This document shows, in pieces, positions 46,601 to 56,200 of a DNA stretch of 64,000 nucleotides (its first letter is position 1; every line of letters starts with the position of its first letter). A program made the translations under genes and the position numbers. The notes below the pieces were generated by a model. The model had not been told where the DNA came from and ran no database searches. It saw nothing but the letters and a program-made list of their open reading frames with translations. The DNA is from an uncultured Candidatus Saccharibacteria bacterium (GTDB taxonomy: Bacteria > Patescibacteriota > Doudnabacteria > UBA920). The stretch is from the NCBI GenBank assembly GCA_964416765.1, contig CAYQEU010000001.1, forward strand, positions 65,675 through 129,674. Reading direction: 5' to 3'.

Positions 46601-47135
46601 GGCTGCTGGTACTCAGACCTTGGCTAAGACTACTGTCTCCACCAACGGTACTGGTACTGTAAGCGTTGCCCAGATTACCTGGACTGTAAGCAAGACCAGT
46701 GCACCTACCTTGGCCAGCTTCGCTGTCTACGATGGTGACACTAACACTGCTATCGCTGGTACAATCACCAGCACAGGTGCAGCTGATGTTACTGGCAGCA
46801 CTCCGCTTGCTGGTACCTTCAACGCTACCTCTTCCGGCGGTAAGGTTGTATTCACTCCTACCTCCGAACAGGAAATCAGCGGCGCTAAGACTTTTGTCTT
46901 GAAGGCTACCGTTGGTGGTACTTTGGTTACTGGCGATAATGTAGTTACTACTATCGCTCAGCCGTCTAGCTACCACACTCCTGCTGCTGCTACTACCATT
47001 GAAGGTTTGGGCACCGCTCCTTCCTTCGTATGGTCTGACGAGTCTGCTGTACCACACAGCTTGGCCAGTCTTGACTGGAACAATGACTTCTTGGTAAAGA
47101 ACTTGCCACTTGATGGCCAGACTCTGACTAAGTAA
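43650..47135 (+). CDS. Giant secreted Thr/Ser/Gly/Val/Ala-rich beta-repeat protein (S-layer or adhesin candidate)
   Basis: The start is taken at MSSLRK, with ggag 6 nt upstream; an ATG at 43638 lacks an RBS. The signal peptide is ...GSALAAAHG. The protein is about 1160 aa with almost no charged or aromatic-poor stretches. The N-terminus has tandem duplicated approximately 45-aa modules (RSAFTSAGAFQSYGFLSFSQ / KAAFTSASVFSGLGFSFSR). Ig-like repeats occur throughout. Confidence 0.75.
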   Translation: MSSLRKLFAVGSTVAMLAAGLVMPGSALAAAHGAGSVVKTTDGTIWFIDNNGMRSAFTSAGAFQSYGFLSFSQVVDANSDDLALPTGPFIAPRDGSIFCATATKGTDVAGECSLMTGGMKAAFTSASVFSGLGFSFSRAKYGDSSFVAKTSNIGNTSDAHRPGVLVNNHGTVQLVGTSSLLGIPSIDVFNSWGYSFSDVVPANGADQVIPQSGVMVARVPGQLNPSFTSTPQNGQMSVALAGDNPASGTVVTTQAAADLAHFSFTGSGTVTGLTLQRIGVSADASLSRVYLFDGSTRITDAASVSSGSMINFSNASGLFTVNGSKTISVRADLNAQSGETLGVTLNSVTLMGGGSVTGAPVAGNLMTVASANLAAVTFGTVTPSNTNLDPANDQVVWQSTATVATRDVWLTRFALREIGSVNYSDIRNFRLYVDGTQVATQSSLDSNGYVTFALNSPYKLMTGSRVIKVMADIVGGSSRTATFSVRNAADIGLVDSQYNVGIATGTATPIAAGTISINQGSITTQKAPDSPSSTVTFNGSDQTLAKYTLTAYGEPIRIDTLGVQVLYTAVNGSAVGSVRNGRILINGAQYGSTTNISTSGTTTFTVNYTVTPGSPVTVEVRGDAYDADGTPTLAAGDQFQVRMIAGSSNGQGTVSGNVVNVPTTNTDANVVTVASGSLSIAKTSNYTNQSTVVPQTAYKIGSFQVTGSSTEDVNINTIQVDFSTVTGTTFAASKLSNVYIVYGGTRESNTKSSVTATGNTWSVSHTLAKSTSVQVDVYADIASGITANDSIKSRMLVSGTTAQSGQSVSTNTGSVFDGQTITYAAGSLASALDASTPVSKILDDNSTTTVAAFRFTPTNDSYTMTDLTLTLAGSTTVQSVDLINNGTVVQNRPVGSGNAVVFSGMGIQLPANQATVLSFALHLGAVGQNAGTSGEAVTATLTSYKTTSSTGTTATVTPGTAANAMYVYKSIPTVTNSTLPSSLLAAGTQTLAKTTVSTNGTGTVSVAQITWTVSKTSAPTLASFAVYDGDTNTAIAGTITSTGAADVTGSTPLAGTFNATSSGGKVVFTPTSEQEISGAKTFVLKATVGGTLVTGDNVVTTIAQPSSYHTPAAATTIEGLGTAPSFVWSDESAVPHSLASLDWNNDFLVKNLPLDGQTLTK

Positions 47136-47279
47136 TCTAACTTCCAAGTCAGGCAGCTTCTAATAGCAATATTAGACTTAAACCGCCCCGAGCAATCGGG
47201 GCGGTTTTTGAATATCCAGCAACACTTTTTCTTAAATTAGCGTTTTGATATAATAGGAGAACGTTATTAACCTTTTTTA

Positions 47280-47969
47280 ATGAATATAGACAACAGAAAC
47301 CGAAAAATTTTCCTGGTAAGCCTTGCGGCAATAGCCGTCATAAGCATTGGCTTTAACCAATTCAAAGACCGGACACCTAAAAACTTGATTACTTACAAGG
47401 ACCCCCAGTTAACTGAACAGGAAAAACAGGCTATACAGAAGCAGCTGGATGACGCTGAAAATGCCTTAAAAAACTTACCAGCCAACGCTTCCGGGGAACA
47501 GCGCTACCGCGGTTACATGCAGGTTGGACTCATAAACTATGAGCTGGGCCAATATAGCAAGGCCGAGGAAGTATACAAGGAAGCGGTAAAGCTGGATGAC
47601 AAAAACTCGATTGCTTATCACGAATTGTTTGTGGTGCAAAACGCCATGCATGATTACGACTCGGCCAAAACCAATATTGAAAAAGCAGTCCAGCTGGCGG
47701 GTAACAACCCACAATATTGGCGAGACCGGTTGGAATTGTTGAAGGGGCATTTCAACCCCACTAATCAGGAAATCGAAAAGATGTATCAGGATGCATTGAA
47801 TGCCACTAACAATGGAACTGACATAATTACGTCCTATGCCCAGTATTTGGAGGTGAAAGGGGACTTGGAAGGGGCTGTAAAGCAGTGGAAAGCCGCCATG
47901 GTCCAAAACCCATCCGCTACTGCCGCTTACCAACAGGAGATTGAGAGGATTCAAGCTAAACTTAAGTAG
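47280..47969 (+). CDS. Membrane-anchored tetratricopeptide-repeat (TPR) protein
   Basis: An N-terminal TM helix is followed by TPR-like repeats (YRGYMQVGLINYELGQYSKAEEVYKEAVKLD...). Confidence 0.7.
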   Translation: MNIDNRNRKIFLVSLAAIAVISIGFNQFKDRTPKNLITYKDPQLTEQEKQAIQKQLDDAENALKNLPANASGEQRYRGYMQVGLINYELGQYSKAEEVYKEAVKLDDKNSIAYHELFVVQNAMHDYDSAKTNIEKAVQLAGNNPQYWRDRLELLKGHFNPTNQEIEKMYQDALNATNNGTDIITSYAQYLEVKGDLEGAVKQWKAAMVQNPSATAAYQQEIERIQAKLK

Positions 47970-48041
47970 CAAAATCATAATTTCTAAGCCTGAAACTTCA
48001 CGTTTCAGGCTTTTAAAATACTTGATTAAGCCAAGAATTTA

Positions 48042-48365
48042 ATGTATGATAAGTATGAAATATCATACATAAAACATATGCCTAAAAAAACCATAAACCA
48101 CGAATTCCAGGAAAAGATGTATGGGACTACCGCGGTGGGGGCACGGGGACAAATTGTCATCCCGGCCGAAGCCCGCAAGGACCTGAACATCAAGCCGGGA
48201 GACCGTCTGCTAGTCATGAGCAAGTTCAACAAAGCCCTGGGGCTAGTTAAGGCCGAAGACCTAGAGGGGCTAATTAAAATGGCGATGAAGGAAATTACGG
48301 ACCCGGCGCTAAAAGCCAAGATCAGGAAAGATTCAAAAAATTTATTTAACCTAATTAACAAGTAG
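48042..48365 (+). CDS. AbrB/MazE/SpoVT-family DNA-binding protein
   Basis: ARGQIVIPAEARKDLNIKPGDRLLV is the swapped-hairpin AbrB fold. The true start may be the internal Met (MPKK or MYGTT). Confidence 0.65.
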   Translation: MYDKYEISYIKHMPKKTINHEFQEKMYGTTAVGARGQIVIPAEARKDLNIKPGDRLLVMSKFNKALGLVKAEDLEGLIKMAMKEITDPALKAKIRKDSKNLFNLINK

Positions 48366-48366
48366 T

Positions 48367-49938
48367 ATGAGACGATTTTTGACAAAGAAATGGATTATCG
48401 GAGGTGTAGTAGTTTTGGTAATTCTGGCAGTAGTAGGAGTAAGCATTGCCCGCCGCAACAGCGGTACTGGCAATGTCCTGACCGATAACGTTAAAGCCCA
48501 GACCATAAAGCAAACCGTATTGGCAACCGGACAGGTTACCAGCAGTACCGATCTTAACCTGAGTTTTAAGGGCGCAGGCGTGGTTTCCAATGTAAATGTT
48601 TCTGTGGGCCAGCAAGTGAAAAACGGGGATGTCCTGGCTTCTTTAAGCATGCGTGACCAAGCCGCCAGCCTAACCACGGCTCGTGGCAGTTTGGCCCAAG
48701 CCCAGGCTAACTACAACAAAGTAATTGCCGGTGCTTCCGGTCCTGATATTGATATTGCAAAAGCAGCCGTTGCTGCCGCTCAAACTTCTTTGGACAATGC
48801 CAAGCGCGCGTATGACGCTACCAAGACCCAGCAGGGCGTATTGGTTAAAAATGCTCTATCAGCCCTATTAAATACTGGTATTAGCGCAACTCCCGTAGGA
48901 ACAACCGGGACCACTGCCAGCGTTGCTGCAAGTGGCACTTACACAGGCACTCAAATGGGCACGTATAATGTGAAAATTTATTATTCTGGTAATGGGGTCC
49001 AATACCAAGTTTCCGGCTTGGAAAGTGGAAACGGCCTGGTAAACCGTGGCATACCCCAACCTGTAGGTACTCGTGGCATTTATATAACCTTCGGTAACAC
49101 AGGAGATATTGCTGAAGGAAGCCAATGGAACGTGGAAATCCCAAATACCCAATCGGCCTCCTACACCGCTAATAACAACGCCTATCAGGCAGCCCTCCAG
49201 GGACGGGACCAGGCTCTGTTAAACGCTCAAAATGCCATCAATACGGCTCAATCCGGCTTAGACCAGGCCAATGCCTCTCTCGCGTTAAAACAGGCTGCCG
49301 CGCGGCCTGAGGACGTTGCCGCAGCTAGGGCTCAAATCCTGTCTGCCTCTGGCCAGGTCCAGGCCGCCTCCGCCGCCATTGAGAATGGTTTGGTACGGGC
49401 ACCGGCTGACGGAACCATAACCTCTATTGATGTAAAAGTAGGGGAACAGGCTACTCCGGGTAAATCAGCCATAGTGCTCCAGGACGTAAACAACCTGCAC
49501 GTTGAAGCCAACATCAGTGAAGCCAACATTGCCAATGTTAAGCCTGGTCAGGAAGTGGGATTTACTTTTGACGCTTTGGGCAGTGACCGGAAGTTTAAGG
49601 GAACCGTGGCTACCATAGACCCGGCTTCCACCGTTGTTTCCGGTGTTGTGAACTACAAGGTAACTGCTTCTTTGGAAAAACTGGAAGAGATTAAACCGGG
49701 CATGACCGCTAACATGACAGTCTTGGTTGCCACCAAGGAAAACGTTCTGGCGGTGCCAACTCGGGCTGTGCTTTCCCATGACAATAAGAAATTTGTGAGG
49801 GTAGTTGATGACCAAAAAAAGAAAACCTACCACGAAGTTGAAGTTGAAACCGGCATGGAAGCTGATGGGGGTATCGTGGAAATTACTTCCGGCCTCAGCG
49901 ACGGTCAGCAAATCGTGACCTTCATTAACAAGAAGTAG
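48367..49938 (+). CDS. Efflux periplasmic adaptor (membrane-fusion protein, HlyD/MacA family)
   Basis: An N-terminal TM anchor is followed by biotin-lipoyl-like hairpins (VKNGDVLASL; GTITSIDVKVGEQAT), a long coiled coil and a beta-barrel. Confidence 0.8.
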   Translation: MRRFLTKKWIIGGVVVLVILAVVGVSIARRNSGTGNVLTDNVKAQTIKQTVLATGQVTSSTDLNLSFKGAGVVSNVNVSVGQQVKNGDVLASLSMRDQAASLTTARGSLAQAQANYNKVIAGASGPDIDIAKAAVAAAQTSLDNAKRAYDATKTQQGVLVKNALSALLNTGISATPVGTTGTTASVAASGTYTGTQMGTYNVKIYYSGNGVQYQVSGLESGNGLVNRGIPQPVGTRGIYITFGNTGDIAEGSQWNVEIPNTQSASYTANNNAYQAALQGRDQALLNAQNAINTAQSGLDQANASLALKQAAARPEDVAAARAQILSASGQVQAASAAIENGLVRAPADGTITSIDVKVGEQATPGKSAIVLQDVNNLHVEANISEANIANVKPGQEVGFTFDALGSDRKFKGTVATIDPASTVVSGVVNYKVTASLEKLEEIKPGMTANMTVLVATKENVLAVPTRAVLSHDNKKFVRVVDDQKKKTYHEVEVETGMEADGGIVEITSGLSDGQQIVTFINKK

Positions 49939-49941
49939 GTC

Positions 49942-50658
49942 ATGCCCCTCATTAAAGTTGAAGACTTAAAAAAAGACTACCTCAACGACGACGTAGTCAC
50001 TCCCGTGCTAAAAGGGGTCAGCTTTACTATTGATCCGGGGGAGTTTGTGGCTATTATGGGACCTTCCGGTTCGGGGAAATCGACCTTGATGCACATCCTG
50101 GGGTTTTTGGACCGGCCGACTTCCGGCAAGTTTGAGTTTGAGGGAAAAGACACTACCACTTTTGATGATGACCAGCTGGCGGAAATCCGTAATGAGCGCA
50201 TTGGGTTCGTGTTCCAGGCCTTTAATTTACTGCCCCGCACCAGCGTTTTGGAAAACGTTAAACTGCCCTTAATTTACGGCACCAAAAAGAACCAGGTGGA
50301 ACTGGCTAAGAAAGCTCTGGAATCGGTAGGATTGGCTGACCGCATGAGCTACATGAGCAACCAGATTTCCGGTGGGCAGAAACAGCGCGTGGCCATTGCG
50401 CGGGCGCTTGTGTGCGACCCGGCTGTTATCTTTGCGGATGAGCCTACCGGGAACCTTGATTCCAAGTCCGGCAACACAGTCATGAAAATTTTGCAGGACC
50501 TCAACGCCGCGGGCAGGACCATAATTTTGGTTACGCACGAACAAGAAACGGCTGAGCACGCCAAGCGCATCATGCGCATCCGCGACGGCTTGGTTACATC
50601 TGATGAAAAAGTCGTGAACCGCAAGTTTGCCAGCGAAGAAGGTGATTTAGTTAAATAA
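49942..50658 (+). CDS. ABC transporter ATP-binding protein (MacB/LolD-type)
   Basis: Walker A is GPSGSGKST, the signature is [14 protein letters not shown], and Walker B is [11 protein letters not shown]. Confidence 0.9.
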   Translation: MPLIKVEDLKKDYLNDDVVTPVLKGVSFTIDPGEFVAIMGPSGSGKSTLMHILGFLDRPTSGKFEFEGKDTTTFDDDQLAEIRNERIGFVFQAFNLLPRTSVLENVKLPLIYGTKKNQVELAKKALESVGLADRMSYMSNQISGGQKQRVAIARALVCDPAVIFADEPTGNLDSKSGNTVMKILQDLNAAGRTIILVTHEQETAEHAKRIMRIRDGLVTSDEKVVNRKFASEEGDLVK

Positions 50659-51896
50659 TGAGATTTTACACCGATTTTAAAATGGTTTTGGCGGGGCTGC
50701 GCGCCCGGGCGGGACGTTCTTTTTTGACCATCCTCGGCATCGTCATTGGCGTTGCCGGTGTGGTTATTATCATTGCCTTGGGAGCTGGCGCACAAAGCCT
50801 GGTGCTAGGGCAGATCAACAAAATCGGGACCAATTTAATCGCGGTACTGCCGGGAAAGAGCAACGAGAAGGGTCCGCCCGCCTCCGTGTTCGGTATTTCC
50901 ATAAAAACTTTGACTACTGATGATGCGGAGGCCATGCGCGACCCATCCCGGTTCCCGCATATTGTGGGGGTGGCCAGCGTGGTGCGCGGAGGAGCAACCG
51001 TGGTGTGGCGCAACGAAAGCGTGGACACCCAGTTTACCGGTACTGATGACGGGTGGACTAAAATCCAAAACGTGGAGCTGGAAGAAGGACGGTTTTTTGA
51101 TGACCGGGAAGCGTTAACGGGCAACGTAATTGTTTTGGGGTATGACGTGGCCCAGCAACTGTTTGGAGACACTGACCCTGTGGGTCAAGTAGTGAAGATC
51201 AAGAACGTCCCGTTTCAGGTCATTGGGGTACAAGTAAAGCGGGGGACTGTGGCGTTCCAGAACCAGGATGACCAGGTGTATATCCCTCTCAAACTTGCCC
51301 AGGAGCAGATCCTGGGAATCCGCTATTTACAGGGCATAAACGCCAAAATAGACGATAAAGCCAACGTGGAATCTACCATTGCGGACGTCAGACAGATGCT
51401 CAAAGAGCGCCATCACATTGGGGCCAATGAAGACGAAGATTTTTCGGTGCGGGATTTGGCCGGTGCCATCGCTCTGCTTACCACCATAACTGACGCGTTG
51501 CGTTTATTCCTGGTGGCCATGGCGAGTCTGTCTTTGATTGTCGGCGGCATTGGTATTATGAACATCATGCTGGTAACCGTGGCCGAACGAACCCGGGAGA
51601 TTGGCTTGCGGAAAGCCGTGGGAGCCACCAATCGCGCGGTGCGCAATCAGTTCCTGTTGGAGTCCAGCATCACCACATTGATCGGTGGCATAATGGGTAT
51701 TTTGGTTGGTTCGTTGATTGCATACCTCATTGCCTTAGGAGCCCGCTACGCCGGATACGACTGGGCCTTTGTGATTTCACCGGTGTCCATTGTCCTGGCT
51801 TTGGGAGTATCAGCGCTGACGGGAATACTGTTTGGGCTGTATCCGGCTTTTAAGGCGGCCAAGCTTAACCCAATTGAAGCTTTAAGGTACGAATAA
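50658..51896 (+). CDS. ABC transporter permease (MacB/FtsX-type, 4 TM with large periplasmic domain)
   Basis: The architecture is MacB_PCD followed by the FtsX domain. Its start overlaps the upstream stop. Confidence 0.85.
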   Translation: MRFYTDFKMVLAGLRARAGRSFLTILGIVIGVAGVVIIIALGAGAQSLVLGQINKIGTNLIAVLPGKSNEKGPPASVFGISIKTLTTDDAEAMRDPSRFPHIVGVASVVRGGATVVWRNESVDTQFTGTDDGWTKIQNVELEEGRFFDDREALTGNVIVLGYDVAQQLFGDTDPVGQVVKIKNVPFQVIGVQVKRGTVAFQNQDDQVYIPLKLAQEQILGIRYLQGINAKIDDKANVESTIADVRQMLKERHHIGANEDEDFSVRDLAGAIALLTTITDALRLFLVAMASLSLIVGGIGIMNIMLVTVAERTREIGLRKAVGATNRAVRNQFLLESSITTLIGGIMGILVGSLIAYLIALGARYAGYDWAFVISPVSIVLALGVSALTGILFGLYPAFKAAKLNPIEALRYE

Positions 51897-53143
51897 TGTT
51901 TTCATCTTTCCAACAAGCTATCCGGGGATTGACCTCCAACCTGACTCGAACTGCTCTAACCACTTTGGGTATCGTCATTGGTATTGCCACTGTGATCGTG
52001 GTGCTTTCCGCCGGTGCCGGATTCAACAGTTTCATTAATAACCAGCTTCAGACTTTGGGTACCAACAGCATTACCGTGGAAACCCATGTGCCGCCAACCA
52101 CCAAAGCCCGCAGTCAGGGTAGTACCGGAGGAGACGCGGCCAGTTTCGCGACCCAGGTGACTACGCTAAAGAACAAAGACACGGAAGACCTGAAGCGTTT
52201 GCCGAATATTGAAGACGCGTACGGCGCTGTTATTGGACAGCAGGTAACTTCGTACAAAGATGTTTCCAAGAACACTAATGTGTTCGGCGCGGACGCCTCG
52301 CGTTTCACCATCGACCAGACGGTCATTGCCAGCGGCCGGCCGTACACAGAGCAGGAAGATGCCGCCGCCGCTCAGGTAGCAGTGCTGGGTGCTGATATTG
52401 CCACTGACCTGTTCGGGGATGAAGACCCCATTGGCAAAACTATCCGCCTCGGTACCTACAATTTCCAGGTTATCGGGGTGTACGAAAAGAAGTCCCTCAG
52501 CCTTAACGGGGAAGGGGAATTTGTCTATATTCCGCTTAATACAGCGCAAAAAAAGCTTTTGGGGATAGATTATTTGTTCTATATATTAGCCCAGGCCAAG
52601 GATAACAGCATTTCGGAAGGTACGGCCGAGGACATGCGGGCGGTGCTGCGTTCAAACCATGGGATACAGGATCCTGCCAAGGATGACTTCATGGTAAACA
52701 CCCAGGCGGGCAACCTGGAAACTTTCAATACTATTTTGACCGGCGTCACGTTTTTGCTCATCGCGGTTGCCGCCATTTCTTTGCTCGTGGGCGGAGTCGG
52801 GATTATGAACATTATGTATGTTGTTGTAACCGAACGCATCGCCGAGATTGGTTTGAAGAAAGCTTTGGGCGCCCGCAACTTCGACATCTTGGCTGAGTTC
52901 CTGATTGAAGCAATCTTGCTCACCGTGGCCGGGGGAGTACTGGGAATTTTACTGGGAGCGGGACTGTCTTACCTGGTGGCGCTTGCTGCCAACGCCTTTG
53001 GTTTTGCCTGGACGTTTACCGTTCCGATTTCCGGGATCTTGCTCGGGGTAGGTGTGTCGAGTACTATAGGACTAATCTTCGGGGTGTTTCCGGCCCGAAG
53101 GGCATCAAAAATGAACCCGATAGAAGCGTTGGGACATGAATAA
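51896..53143 (+). CDS. Second ABC transporter permease (MacB/FtsX-type)
   Basis: It is a paralog of the upstream permease with the same domain order. Its start overlaps the upstream stop. A terminator lies at 53143-53168. Confidence 0.85.
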   Translation: MFSSFQQAIRGLTSNLTRTALTTLGIVIGIATVIVVLSAGAGFNSFINNQLQTLGTNSITVETHVPPTTKARSQGSTGGDAASFATQVTTLKNKDTEDLKRLPNIEDAYGAVIGQQVTSYKDVSKNTNVFGADASRFTIDQTVIASGRPYTEQEDAAAAQVAVLGADIATDLFGDEDPIGKTIRLGTYNFQVIGVYEKKSLSLNGEGEFVYIPLNTAQKKLLGIDYLFYILAQAKDNSISEGTAEDMRAVLRSNHGIQDPAKDDFMVNTQAGNLETFNTILTGVTFLLIAVAAISLLVGGVGIMNIMYVVVTERIAEIGLKKALGARNFDILAEFLIEAILLTVAGGVLGILLGAGLSYLVALAANAFGFAWTFTVPISGILLGVGVSSTIGLIFGVFPARRASKMNPIEALGHE

Positions 53144-53232
53144 AGACCGCCGCGGCGGTCTTTTTTTGGCTTTGACAAAAGGGTTTTTGTGGCATACCAT
53201 TAGTTATCATAAGCTTCTAACCCCTAAACAAC

Positions 53233-56200
53233 ATGCGCAAAATCTACATAGCAGCCGTGTTTGTGCTCACGCTTGGTTTATTTCCAAGCGCAGCCTTAGC
53301 TGCAAACCACACCTTGGATTTGAATATTAGCGGCAGTGGTACGGTCACCAGCAGTCCGGCCGGAATCAATTGTACGGATGACTGTAATCACGCTTTCAAC
53401 AGCGGCACGGTAGTCACACTGAACGCAGTGGCAGCTTCGGGGTATATGTTTTCCGGTTGGTCCGGTGATTGCTCAGGTACAGGCTCGTGCGTGGTTACTT
53501 TAAGTTCCACCAAGCATGTTACGGCTACTTTTACTAAAGTTTATTCTTTAAATATTGCCAAAGCTGGTACTGGCTCCGGAACTGTGGCCACCCTTGATTC
53601 ACATATCAATTGCGGTTCTACCTGTACTTACCCAAACTATACTTTTGGAACCTGGGTCACTCTATTCGCGACCCCCTCTAGCGGCTCAACTTTTACCGGC
53701 TGGTCGGGAGGAACTTGTAGTGGTACCAGTTTCTGTTTATTTTTCCTGACCGCAAACACTACAGTCACCGCAAATTTTTCCGCCATTACTAGGACTCTTT
53801 CCGTTACCTCCGGCACCGGAGGCACTGTTACCAGCAGCCCTGCAGGCATCAATTGTGGAGCCACCTGTTCAGCCGGCTTTAATGACAGCACTACCGTAAC
53901 CCTGACCGCCACCCCAAATACTGGCTACTTGTTTACTGGCTGGTCGGGCGCTTGCAGTAACGCTAACGGTAACTGTGTGGTGACAATGAATAGCAATAAA
54001 AGTGTCACAGCTTCTTTCGCGATAGCAACGTATGCCATGAATGTGGGAACCGATGGACACGGCACAGTTACCAGCAGTCCTGCGGGCATAAATTGTGGAG
54101 TGGCCTGTACCGCGACATATAACTATGGCACTTCTGTAACCCTTACAGCCAACCCAGACAGCGGTTATACCTTTGCTGGTTGGTCGGGTGATTGTTCCGG
54201 CACCGGCACCTGTAACGTGTCCATGACAGCGACAAAGAACGTTACCGCCAACTTTAATTTGATCATAGTTATAAATCACCGCACTCTGACAGTAAGTAAA
54301 ACCGGCACAGGTGCCGGATTAGTTACTAGTGATGATGGCAATATTAACTGTGGGGCAACCTGCAGTAAGGACGGCTACAACGGCAGTGATCACATTGCTT
54401 TAACCGCGCTAGCAGATTCGGGCTCTACATTTACCGGCTGGTCCGGCGACTGTACCGGTATGACGTGCTCGGTTCATATGAGCCAGAATCGTAACGTTAC
54501 CGCCAACTTTGATGTTAGCGGCGAGCCTCTTTCTCCGACCCCTATCACCAAGGATGCGACTAGTGTTACCACCTCAGACGCGGTACTGAACGCCACCAAC
54601 GGACAATTGGATGCTACCGGCCACTCGTTCTGGGTTTCCACTTCACCCTTTAGCACCGCTTCGCCATCTATCCCTTCCGGGGTATACTCCAGCCCCGACC
54701 TGGGCGCGATTTCCGCCAACGCTAATTTCTCTTACAACCTTTCTGATATAACCCTTCATGGTGTGCCGGGTAACCTTCCCGCCATCACCCCAAACACCCA
54801 CTACTATTTTGTGGCTTGGTCATTGGTTGGCGGCACTTGGTATCCGGGACAGCAGCTCGACTTTACCACGGCTGCCGCTGGCCCAACCTACGTAACGGTT
54901 ACTATTGCTAAATATGTTAACGGTTCTCATGCGACCGCTGAAAATACCAACAGCGCTACTTTCCCAATGCAGTCTACCTGGTCTGCGGACAACATTGGTT
55001 CTGGAACAGGGAACTACTCTTTAAGCACTTCCGGTTTCAACAATCCGAACGCTTACGAAGCGACCACCTCACTCATGACCTCAGGTGCCAGCTATACTAC
55101 CCATGAGACAGCTACCGAGTCCTGTACCGCTGCGTATCCGTTTGCTCTGATGGGTTATTCCACCGGTGCCAGTTTGGCCGGTGCTGAAGCAGCTGGAATG
55201 TCTACCGACGCTCCAAGCCTTACCAATATTACCGGCGACCAGTACATTATTGTTTGGAACAAAACTTGTCCGCCTGCGCCAACTCATCTTAGCCCGGCCG
55301 ACAACAGCACCATGACCAGCGCCGCTCTAACTGAAATTGATTGGACTGACGTAACTGACCCCGCCGCCCCGATAGTTTATTACTACGAATCATCCAATTC
55401 TTCCAGTGTTAAACCTGACGGTTCCTTTACTTCACCTGTTTACTCTTCGGGTGCTTTGTCTGAATCCCGTATTTCGACATTGGGTACCCCTAACGGTGTT
55501 TACTACTGGCATGTCCGGGCAAAGGATTCCGCTGGCAACTACAGCAGCTGGACTTCACCTTGGAAAGTAACAGTTGCCGACGCTCCCGCTCCGGTGACAG
55601 GATCTATTTCCGGCAGCAAGTTCCTGGACGCTAACGCTAACGGCGTTTGGGATGAGGGCGAACAAGCCCTTTCCGACTGGAGCATCACCCTTTGGCAGCC
55701 TTCTGATTCAGACAGCGAAGAGTCATCCGGCCCAGCCGGCATGATCATGGTTGATTCCACTACTACTAATGAGGATGGAAACTACTCTTTCACAGGATTA
55801 GCAAACGGCGAATATGTTGTTTGTGAAGACCTGTCCGGTCCATCCCAAATAACCTTATTGCTCGCTGAAATACAGACTCCAAGCTGGTTCCAAAGCTTCC
55901 CTGGAGAAGGCGTTGACTGTGGTGATAACGGCTTTGGCTACGGCATTACTATTAATACTTCCGACGAAGAAGGCACATCTTTCACCGGTATCGACTTTGG
56001 CAACTACCAACTCGGTTCTATTTCAGGGCTAAAGTTTAATGATTCTGACCAGGACGGAGTTTACGATTCTGAAAATGGTGAATTCGGTTTGTCCGGATGG
56101 TTCATCCAGCTATATGACTCAACCGGCACTACTTTACTCGATACCGCGACCACAGATGAAGGTGGGTTCTATTCCTTCGACCAGCTCACTCCGGGCACTT

